Shown: piece by piece, positions 52,992 through 64,000 of the stretch
Layout of the letters: each line of letters begins with the position of its first letter
How positions within the stretch are numbered: position 1 is the first letter of the stretch
Assembly (NCBI RefSeq): GCF_006345805.1
Contig: NC_042998.1
Coordinates: 49,910,001 to 49,974,000, forward strand
Origin: Octopus sinensis
Taxonomy: Eukaryota
Direction: 5' to 3'
Length of the DNA stretch: 64,000 bases
Translations under genes and position numbers: made by a program
Notes under the pieces: generated by a model
What the model saw: the letters and a program-made list of their open reading frames with translations, nothing else
Databases searched by the model: none
Told to the model about the DNA's origin: nothing

Positions 52992-55239
52992 CTGAAAAGT
53001 GAGAAAGAAATAAAAAAAAATTAGTTGGATTGAAAAGATGAAAAATGCTAAAAAATTGTAAAGGTTTGATGAACATATAAAATGTTTTAAAAAGAGGAAA
53101 GACTAATTATAATTTTCGTCATCAATATTGAAAAAATGCAGCCATTAAAATACCAACAACAAAGAAATGTAAAGGTTTATTGAAAAGAAAGGAGAAAACT
53201 GTTAAGATCTTTCGTATGCAAAATGGTTTAATACAGAAAATTATGGGAACTCAGATATTTAAACATAATGATTATGATAATGAATTAAGAAATGGATGAA
53301 TAAATGAATGAATGAACGACTGACTTAATGAATGAATGAATGATGATTGATGATGATTGATGTGTGCTGGTAGGTGATTCTTCTCTACGATTATAAAGCT
53401 TTTTTAAAAAGCACGGTTACTGTAGTTGATGAAAGGGTTAAAGTTTTCTAGCAGCAGATTTTGTGCGAGAAATCGCTTAGAAATAATAAATAGGATAATT
53501 ATATCTAAATGCATATTTTTCACATTTTTGCGTTTAATTATCTATTCATTATATTTTCTGACATGCACGGCATATTCTCGAAGATAGAGAATGCTATCAT
53601 TTGTAGGTAGCAAGAAGGACTGCGTGGAAAATGACCTTTAGGTAAAGAATCATAGAAGCATTTGGCATAAAGAAGGTCTTAGTCAAAATTTTCTTAAAAT
53701 TTCATTGTGGTGGCCGATGGATTTAGACATTAAACCCTTATCAAGGCGCACTTTTACATATGTTTAATCTCTCATAATATCAAAACTTATGAAAGAGTAA
53801 TAACCATAAAAATGGAAGGTAAATAGTTTTCATATTGAGGTTCATTGAGATATGGAATGTATTTTAAGGGTGCCCCCCTAGAACCGAAAGGCTGAGAAAC
53901 GTTTTTTAGAGCGCAGACCTTGGAGCAAGGGGGAAGTCATTAGGTCACTGAAAAGGTGGCGACAGTGACCAAAGAACTTTGACTAACAAACAGCCGAGGG
54001 ATTGTTTATCCTGCACATTAAACAAACAATCGATTAGATATTTAGCCAATATATTAATAATAAAGAAGTGCTATTGAATCTGTGCGTGTGTTATTATTAT
54101 TATTGGTGCAATGACTCTCTCAAGACAAAATAAAATTTGTTTCAACACACAATTTCACAGTTAGAATTTTACAAACAAAATACAAAGACATAATAAGACG
54201 GTATAGTTTGGCATGGTACTTTTGTTTGCATTCGCATGCATATCTATACATGTTGCTATATCAACATAACTATGTGTACATACCCATGCTAATATGGAAA
54301 TCCACACACACACATACATACAAAAAAAAACACGTACACACGCACACAAATACACACACGCATACAATATGCGAGGTTTTTCTCAAGTTCAAAATATCAA
54401 TTTGCTTTTGTTATCTACATTCCAAAGATAGAACTTTATAATCTTTCTGCACAGAAAGGTTTCAAATAATTAAAAATAGAAGAGAACGCACATAGATACA
54501 GTTTTGAGGTATCCGCGTGTCAGTAATGACTACGGATGAATTTCCTAGTTGTCAGTCGTAATGAAATCGGGTTAGCAGTGGCGAAACAGTCCGATGCGCG
54601 AATGGCAGTCTTTGACACACAAGCGGCTATCCCGGTGCTGTTTCAGTTGTTCAATTCTGACTCTTCAGTATAGGCTGCTCAATAGGATCCAAGCCTAGGG
54701 AGTACGGTATGAGGGAGAGGTTGTTACCCACACAGCGTGTCCCCGTCCTCCACCTCACTGAAGGATCCAGTTGAATAAAACGGCTGTGACGATTTGGCAC
54801 AAACGTCGTCGCAACAGTTGCCACAACATGCAAGCATGTATGTATGTGTCTGCCTCCATGTATATGCGTGTGAGTGTGTGTATGTATGCACGTACGTATG
54901 TATGAATGCCTCTACGTATCTACGAATGTATGTATGTATGTATGTATGTATGTATGCATGTATATATGTATGCATGTATGTATGTATGCATGTATGTATG
55001 TATGTATGTATGTATGTATGTATGTATGTATGTATGCATGCATGCATGCATGCATGCATGTATGTATGTATGTATGTATGTATGTATGTATGTATGTATG
55101 TATGCATGTATCTTCTTCTTTATCTTCTTTATCTAGTTTCAGCTCACGAGCTGTGGCCATGCTGGGGCACCGCCATTTGTATGTATGTGTTAAAATTTAT
55201 ACACTCTCTTGTTTTAATGACTAAGGATTTTTCGGCTGG

Positions 55240-55450
55240 TCGCGCAGTCATTTATTCACCGAATCCCGCACTTCTTCATCCGTAGCAATTCAACGACTAC
55301 ATAAAGGAGACTTGAACGGTCCAAAGTGTTGATAATCGGAAGGGACGATCTGGACTGTAAGCAGGCTGTTCCAGCAACACGAAACCAAATTTTTCAAATG
55401 GTTTCAACACTGTGGACGGCCAACACGTTTTGACAACAGAACTCTTCATT
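55240..55450 (+). mobile_element. Possible decayed mariner transposase C-terminus
   Basis: YSPNPAL resembles YSPDLAP; downstream remnants are frameshifted. Confidence 0.3.
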
Positions 55451-55568
55451 TGATGCGAATTGCAGGTTTCAGTTTGTTGACCAGCATTTCACTATAGCAT
55501 ACACAGGTAACTATAGAGCCCTTTTTTCCGAGTAATGTTTGATTAGCAACCCTTTTGCGTCCTATACA

Positions 55569-55678
<110 letters not shown>

Positions 55679-55926
55679 GTGCGCAAATAAATGAGTGAAT
55701 GAACGAAAGTAACACTCAGTACATTTGGTTGGTGCTACATGTGTTTCATAACAGATTAAATCAGCCTCATATCATCTCGTGATCATCGGACGTGTCTATC
55801 TAGTAAACATTTGAGGAGATAAGTGTGTTCTATGCTCACGAAACGTTTAGTAATGGGGAGTTGAGTCATTGTGCATGAACAAAGCGAACAAGAGAGAAAG
55901 AAACAGAGAGATATGTGATAGAGATA

Positions 55927-55927
<1 letters not shown>

Positions 55928-55967
<40 letters not shown>

Positions 55968-56098
55968 TTCAAATGTACAGAAAACAAAAACAAAGACAGG
56001 TGACGGAACAATAAATGGGTGTAGTAGTTTGACGCTGGGGAAGAATGGAAAAATCTTTGACGTTTCGAGCTTACGCTCTTTTGACAGAAAAGGATGGG

Positions 56099-56129
<31 letters not shown>

Positions 56130-56398
56130 GATAGAGAGAGAGAGAGAGATGTGTCGTTATTAAAGATTTCACATAATCAAAATATATATATACATTCATA
56201 CATACATACATACTCACATACACACACACGCACACACACACACACACACACACACCACACACACACACGGTTCAAATGTACAGAAAACAAAGACAAAGAC
56301 AGGTGACGGAACAATAAATGGGTGTAGTAGTTTGACGCTGGGGAAGAATGGAAAAATCTTTGACGTTTCGAGCTTACGCTCTTTTGACAGAAAAGGAT

Positions 56399-56440
<42 letters not shown>

Positions 56441-56545
56441 TGTCGTTATTAAAGATTTCACATAATCAAAATATATATATACATTCATACATACATACAT
56501 ACATACTCACATACACACACACGCACACACACACACACACACACA
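55928..56545. repeat. Tandem duplication, period 303 bp, of a Penelope-like terminal fragment
   Basis: ggttcaaatgtacag at 55966 and 56269. Confidence 0.9.
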
Positions 56546-56559
56546 TATATACATGTATG

Positions 56560-56590
<31 letters not shown>

Positions 56591-56832
56591 CATACACACA
56601 GAATCATATAGCTAGATAGTTACGAAGATAAGAGAACAGCAAAATAAAGAGCTATGAGCAATTCAAGCTTGTTCCATAACGGAATGGTAATCTTGAGTAA
56701 CAAAACAACTATTTCTTGACGAAGAATTTCAGCAATCAATTTATCATTGCAGCCAAATATAATTAAAATAAGTACAGCTATTACCGAAATTGCTAATAAA
56801 TTCCTTTTGCAGCGTTCATTATTATCGTTTAC

Positions 56833-56908
<76 letters not shown>

Positions 56909-56950
56909 ATCCATCCATCTCTCTCTCTCTCTGTATATATATATATATAT

Positions 56951-57024
56951 ATGCACACGCATACATGATTGCCTGTGTATATGTGTGGATGAGTGTTTAT
57001 GTGTGTTCGTGTGTGTGTGTGTGG

Positions 57025-57055
<31 letters not shown>

Positions 57056-57396
57056 TGTGTGTGTGTGTGTGGTGTGTGTGTGTGTGTGTCACATATTCAT
57101 CTTTCTGAAAAATAGCTATAAAATTGTCATTAAAAGCTACAAATACAAAAGCGCAAGAGGACATATAAAGCGGTAATAATCCTCATCTTAATTGAAGTGA
57201 TAGGGTAAATAAACAAGGAGAAAATAAAACAAAGATGTTAGATATATATGCACTCACACACACACATGCATACATACATGCATACATACATGCATACATA
57301 CATGCATACATACATGCATACATACATGCATACATACATGCATACATACATACATATATTTAAACCTCGTGAGTGGCTGAAACTGAAAAATATATA

Positions 57397-57429
<33 letters not shown>

Positions 57430-57483
57430 GCACACGCATACATGATTGCCTGTGTATATGTGTGGATGAGTGTTTATGTGTGT

Positions 57484-57521
<38 letters not shown>

Positions 57522-57534
57522 TGTGTGTGTGCGT

Positions 57535-57568
<34 letters not shown>

Positions 57569-57769
57569 CACATATTCATCTTTCTGAAAAATAGCTATAA
57601 AATTGTCATTAAAAGCTACAAAGACAAAAGCGCAAGAGGACATATAAAGCGGTAATAATCCTCATCTTAATTGAAGTGATAGGGTAAATAAACAAGGAGA
57701 AAATAAAACAAAGATGTTAGATATATATGCACTCACACACACACATGCATACATACATGCATACATACA

Positions 57770-57802
<33 letters not shown>

Positions 57803-57880
57803 TTAAACCTCGTGAGTGGCTGAAACTGAAAAATATATAAATATATATGTATATGTATATATAAATATATATGTATATGT
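56951..57880. repeat. Tandem duplication, period ~476 bp
   Basis: atgcacacgcatacatgattgcc at 56951 and 57427; only microsatellite lengths and rare substitutions differ. Confidence 0.9.
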
Positions 57881-57890
57881 ATATGTATAT

Positions 57891-58256
57891 AGGCATAGGA
57901 GTGGCTGTGTGGTAAGTAGCTTGCTTACCAACCACATGGTTCCGGGTTCAGTCCCACTGCGTGGCACCTTGGGCAAGTGTCTTCTACTATAGCCTCGGGC
58001 CGACCAAAGCTTTGTGAGTGGATTTGGTAGACGTCGCATATATGTATATATATAAATGTGTATGTGTGTATATATGTTTGTGTGGTGTGTTTACATCCCC
58101 GTAACTTAGCAGTCCCCGTAACTTAGCGGTTCGTCGATGGAGACCGATAGAATAAGTACTAGGCTTACAAAGAATAAGTTCTGCGGTCGATTTGCTCGAC
58201 TAAAAAGGCGGTGCTCTAGCATGGCCACAGTCAAATGACTGAAACAAGTAAAAAAG
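57891..58256 (+). mobile_element. Family B SINE
   Basis: AGGCATAGGAGTGGCTGTGTGGTAAG head through CTGAAACAAGTAAAA tail. Confidence 0.9.
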
Positions 58257-58659
58257 TATATTTATGTATATATCGGTGTGTGTGCGTGTTCATCTCCTAC
58301 CACCGGTTGACAACCGGCGTTGGCTCATTTACGTCCCCGTACCTTAGTGGTTCGACATAAGAAACCGTTAGAATTAGTAGTGAGATCGAATTGTTCATCA
58401 CAGACCAATGTGGAACAATGACAAGTAAAATGATTTGGATTCTACTGATAAAATCACATTGATATGCGTGAATGAAGAAAATTTACAAACATGTACGAAC
58501 TGTTGAAAGACCACAATGGAAAGAGTTGCCTTACATTTTTATGAAAATAACAAAACGAGAAATTAAAATCAAAACCACGTATATCCAATATTAAGACGAC
58601 ATTAAGATCGCAGTAAAATACTTATGAAATGTTCTCTATTTAGTAATCCACACTGAAGC

Positions 58660-58905
58660 TGGTCATACAGTATATCCACTGGGATGCGACCTCCGACTTT
58701 TTGGTTCACTTGAACAAGCCTTTGCAGGAAACGTTCCCCAGTCATTGCAGATGTGTTTTAAAATTTAGTTCTATCAAGGACCTCTGAGTTGATGATGTTA
58801 TTTTCCTATGCGATGTTCAAGAATTTGTAAATACATCTCCTGTGATAAACATTTAAGTTCCTCTCGTCTGGCATCTTCCGTGTTTCACTTTATACACACC
58901 TTGTA
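58660..58905 (+). mobile_element. Possible decayed mariner 3' end
   Basis: ctccgactttttggttcacttgaacaagcc resembles SDFxLFGSLKxAL; ends in TIR-like ttatacacaccttgTA. Confidence 0.35.
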
Positions 58906-60406
58906 TCATAAACGCTAGGTTAATTTTTTTTTAGTGTTCATCTCATCAATAATCTATCTGCTGGAAGTAGCAAGCCGAATCTCTATGAAATAAATCCATA
59001 CTGTGCTATAAAAGAATAGAAGGACTCATCGTACATACTCTGTGTCTTATACTTGTTACAACTGTAACAACTTTGATCATAGGTTTGCAGGATTAGTGTA
59101 GCCTTGTGTTTAGATATCACCACCATACGAATAACAAAATAATTATATCAATACCAACTTCTGTCAACAAATGTGCAGCCCTTGCAAGAAATATCTTCAT
59201 TTATGAAACATTACCGTCTTTGAAAACGAAGAAAATATCATGATGTACACTCTTACAAACACACTGTGTTTGAATATAACAGATGTGACAGTCGAAGTAT
59301 GAATGCCTTTGATTATAAGTCTGTTCAGTCAGAGTTCACTTTGAGCTTTAAAATTAGTACATTTTACAATTCTAACCACGAGTCAACGAGTGAATCTCTA
59401 CGTGAACGTTTGGTTTTCTGGAACAGCAAAGTTTTCCAAAAATCACACCTTACAATCTAAAAAAAACGACATTGAATAAACAAAAGAAAAGTTAATTATG
59501 ATAGGAATCTCTTTGATCATAAACCTGTTGAATCAGGGTTGGTCACGTTCTACATAACATGTGATAAACTTAGTTGTTTGAAGTATCATAACACATTTAT
59601 TCATGATTCTTTCTAATTTTGGTACAGGTCCAAGGGTCATACATTTTTGGAAAGGGCTAAGTCGATTAAATCCTGTGAATGGACAGAATTGTTTGAATAT
59701 CGAACAAAATACCTTCCTCGTTTACTTTCTAAGTTTAAATCTTGCAGTACTCAAATTTACTTTTCATTCTTCTTGGATGAACAAAACTACCAATCGAATA
59801 TTGTAGATTGTTAGAATATCAAATAAAATACGTTGCCTCTTTTGCAACACTTAGCGATCTGAGTTCAAATTCTGCCAAGGATAATTTCGCTTTCCATCAT
59901 CCCGTGGTCTATAAAATTACCAACCAGGAGCTGTGAAATATCAAAGCATCAGATAAATTCATTTATGGTAGGTATTTGTTTTACTTCTTCACGTTCTGAG
60001 ATCAACTCTTACACAACTTAAATTTGCCTTTCATCCTCTCGGAGGTGTATCTGCGTACTCACTAATCACTTTTAGGATGATTTTTCGCCTCCTTCCAATA
60101 TACATAGTCTATCTATGAATACAGCCTGTCCATAAGAAATTTTATTTCGGACAAAACTGTAGTAGTCAACCTGTCAGTCAACAGTCTACATACATTAAGA
60201 ATGATAAACAGATGACTTTTAATTTAATACTGTTTTACTTGCGTACGTTGGGTTATTTATTCAGCTCAGCAGCTATTTGCAAGAGTAGTGAATGTATTAC
60301 TCAGCGTTTCCTATATCGTAGGTGACAAATCTTGTTTAGGCACATGACTGACTGCGAGTATACATCACTGAGAGAGTTCAACAAGGCTGAAATGCACCTA
60401 GTATTC

Positions 60407-60856
60407 TTATTTCTTTACTACCCACAAGGGGCTAAACACAGAGGGGACAAACAAGGACAGACAAACGGATTAAATCGATTATATCGGCCCCAGTGCATAT
60501 CTGGTACTTATTTAATCGACCCTGAAAGGATGGAAGGCAAAGTCGACCTCGGCGAAGTTTGAACCCAGAACGTAGCGGCAGACGAAATACTGCTAAGCAT
60601 TTCGTACGGCGTACTAATGTTTCTTATTTCTTTATTGCCCACATGGGGCTAAACATAGAGGGGACAAACATGGACGGACAAAGGGATTAAGTCGATTATA
60701 TCGACCCCAGTGCGTAACTAGTACTTATTTAATCGACCCCGAAGGATGAAAGGCAAAGTCGACCTCGGCGGAATTTGAACTCACAACGTATCGGCAGATG
60801 AAATACTGCTAAGCATTTCGCCCGGCGTGCTAACGTTTCTGCCAGCTCGCCGCCTT
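60407..60856 (-). mobile_element. Family A SINE dimer with an alternative junction
   Basis: Tail of one unit joined at GAAAC(A/G)TTAG in the head of the next (~60624). Confidence 0.88.
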
Positions 60857-61039
60857 CGCATTCTTGCTAGCTGCTGCCGGAACAATTCATGTTTTTTAAC
60901 ACAGCTCATATATGACTATAAAGTCCTGAATTAGTGAATTTGTGGGACTTTTAGAATACAGGAAAAAAATTGTTGTAGCATTTTTTCCGGAGCTTTACAT
61001 TCTGAAATGATACTGATGCTAATTTGAGTACATCCTTAC

Positions 61040-61122
61040 CTCCATCTGAAATAACATTGTTGACGGAGAGAATGGAGATTGTTGCAAGGGAAAATTTTGG
61101 TTATCCTTAAAACTACTTGTAC
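61040..61122 (-). CDS. Probable upstream exon (83 nt, ends phase 0) of the same gene
   Basis: ttttctttcttgggtccttgcag|GT ACA AGT...CAG ATG GAG|gtaagg. Open frame TSSFKDNQNFPLQQSPFSPSTMLFQME has S/P/Q composition like the next exon. Its phase-0 donor fits the acceptor at 52991. It contains two in-frame ATGs. Confidence 0.62.
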
Positions 61123-62633
61123 CTGCAAGGACCCAAGAAAGAAAATTTCCAGATTCAGGTACATATGTACGTACATGATCAACTCTTGCCGTTTAAATCG
61201 TCCCTTGCGTTTAACTTTATTGCTTGACTATGATTTAGTTTTATCGACGCCAGAAAGATGAATGGCGAAGATGATCTCTGCAGTATTTGAACATAGCAAG
61301 TAAAGGGCCGTAAATTCGACAATGCAATCCGTCTCCCAGTTTATTCATTATTACCATTATACTGCTCTTTAATTATGTAATAATCATGTAATAATTATTA
61401 TGTAATAGCGATTTCTTTTAATAATGATTTAAAATAAATCAGAATAAAAATGAAAAAACCTAAAATAAATTTAAAATCGATTCAAATAAAATAGACGAAT
61501 AAAAATATTATGTAACAATAAAAATGAATAAACAAAATTTTTTGCTGACCATCAAAGGAATGAAAATGTATAAAAATCTCAAACAATCTGAAATAATAGC
61601 CTGGCTCTTCTATAAAAAGAACATAAAGTTAAACGTAGCGGTGTTCAATTTTATTATTATTAGAAACTGCTGCATTGCTGGAGACAGGTTTGTGGTTACA
61701 ACGCTTGCTAATTCGACTCTAAACCTTCCCATCACTACAATTATATCATGTCGATGAATACAGACAAAGTTTTCAGACTTAAATAATCTTTTTTTCGCCT
61801 CTTCAGTCATACGAATTAACAAATCAAATACGAGCTATTAGAGCAGTCTCTGTATGCTAGAAATCTCAATACAACCATCCATAACCACACACCTTTCAGT
61901 GTCTATTAAAAAAAAAGGACATTTGGAATAACGTATTTTTAGTAAATCTGAATAAAATACAAAAACAAAAGAAAAACTGGATGATTACTGTAATACCTTA
62001 GATTATTTATCTGCTCGATGTGAATTTTAAATAACAAGAGTCACAACCTCTGCGACAAAGTCGACGACAATTAACACGTGTACTTCCTATCCTGTTCATA
62101 CCCAGGTTGAATAAAACAGACAACAAACAAACCGACAAAGTTTAATAGCTTATAACCAGATATTACTGAAAATCCTTAACTAGAATCAAGAAAATTTGTC
62201 TCATAACAGGCGTGGCTATGTGGGTTGGGGTTCAGTTCCACCGCGTGGAACCTTTGGCAAGTGTCTTCTCATAAAGCTCCGGGCCACTCAAGAGCTTTGT
62301 GCATAGATTTGCTAGGCGGAAACAGAAAGAAGCCTGTCATATATATAAGCAGATCAATAGGACGTACACAATGGACAGTGAATGTATTTAGTTGACCCTC
62401 AGTTTAAGATGGAAAAAAGAGGGGGTGTGACGATTCGAACATGGGACTTCATCAGAAAGAGGAAAGAGGAAAGGTCTGGAGAGATGGATAAGAATAGTCT
62501 GAGAAAACTATGATCACGGCTGGAGCAACATCAACAGTGCAATATAATTATTTTAGTCTAGCCGTAGAAAGATATGAATGTCAATATCTTCCAACCAAAT
62601 ACTCACTCTGTCTCTGTCCGTCTGTCTCTTCCA

Positions 62634-62693
<60 letters not shown>

Positions 62694-62750
62694 ATGTGTG
62701 CGTGTGTACGTGTGTGTGCATGGGTGTGTATGTGTGTGTTGTGTATCTAC

Positions 62751-62781
<31 letters not shown>

Positions 62782-62808
62782 CTATCATCAGCATCATCAT
62801 CATCATAA

Positions 62809-62935
62809 AGCGTGTGCTGGCAGAATCATTAGCAAGTGGAGCAAAATGATTAGCGGCATTTCGTCCGTCTTTACGTTCTGAGTTCAAATTCCGCCGAGGT
62901 CTACTTTGCCTTTCATCCTTTCGGGATCGACAGAA
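62809..62935 (+). mobile_element. 3'-truncated family A SINE
   Basis: Head and core present. Confidence 0.8.
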
Positions 62936-64000
62936 TAGCTAACAGTTAATTTATGTGGATTTGGGGCGCTTTCAAACTCTACATTTCTAATACTTATGAT
63001 AACCATTAAAAAATCCGAAGAACAGAAAAGAAAAAAAAAATCATTTGAACGACTAAATATAAGTGAAGTTGGGTCAATCATTATTTGCCTCGGTACTGCT
63101 TTTCTCCATCTTTCCATCATTTTCACACGATTAGTTGCTTTAGCCATAACTAATCATGTGACAACCCAAACAGTGACGAAAAAAAAAAGAAAAAATACAG
63201 AAAAATAATTGAATTGAAAATGTAGCAGCAACAAAACCAACTTCACGTTTTTTTTTTCTGATTCTGATGTCTATAAATGTTCGTAAAAAATAATAAACCA
63301 ATGCCTGTAATTTGTATTTGTATACCTAAAAACTGCGTGCTTTACATAGAAAAGGCATAAAAATGCTGCAAAGATTTCAGATAGTGTAGGAAAAAACTTT
63401 GATCTTTCTGTTAAATGGTTTTCATTTCTGAGTGTCAAGCAGTGAAAGATAAGATATTAAGGTATTTTATGATGTATGATATCTATTCACTATAACATCT
63501 TATACACTGTTAGTATGTGGCTGCATAGAACGGAGTTGGTATTGGCACTCAAACATAGACGTAGAATATCTGAAGTAGATTCATATAAGACTGTTTATGT
63601 ATGAATGTATTCATACATACACACACACATATGGCTACTATGTACGTGTACACAGACACAGACACGTACACATTATATATATATATATATATATGAATAG
63701 AAAACTACCAAACCACTAAAGTTAGTGTATAATCACGTAGTCTTGGCCAGTTGCCATACTTAGTTGGAAAATATATTAAAAACATTGAATACAGAGGAAG
63801 CAATGGGTGACATTCTGTTTTGATTCTTTTTCTTCTATTTTGAAATTTTTTTTTTCATTAAACACAGATTCACTGATTCGCAGAGTGAGAGTGTTATTCT
63901 GTGTATATGTGCGCTTATGTAAGAGTGTGCGTTTGCATATGTGAATGAATATATAAGCGCTGTAAATACGACTGCCTATGATATATTTATGGAAAATATC

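Overview
AT-rich, microsatellite- and SINE-saturated eukaryotic DNA. The SINE families look like those of octopod cephalopods, so I infer Octopus. Almost the whole window is one minus-strand, intron-rich gene for a MARCH2/3-type (MARCHF2/3) RING-CH membrane E3 ubiquitin ligase. I reconstructed four exons with compatible splice phases: 61040-61122 (83 nt, probable), 51343-52991 (1649 nt), 29560-29764 (205 nt, RING-CH) and 14688-14897 (210 nt, two TM helices). The terminal exon was not found and may lie left of base 1. The most unusual protein feature is an N-terminal disordered arm of at least ~550 aa with polyH/polyQ, a PPPY motif and repeated basophilic phospho-motifs, where vertebrate MARCH2/3 have only ~60-70 aa. 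The introns hold three tRNA-derived SINE families (one repeatedly fused into other copies at an identical junction), R4/Dong and RTE LINE fragments, Helitron-like and TIR MITEs, three long fold-back hairpins, several hammerhead-ribozyme-like motifs and recent tandem duplications. All alignments and counts were done by eye.
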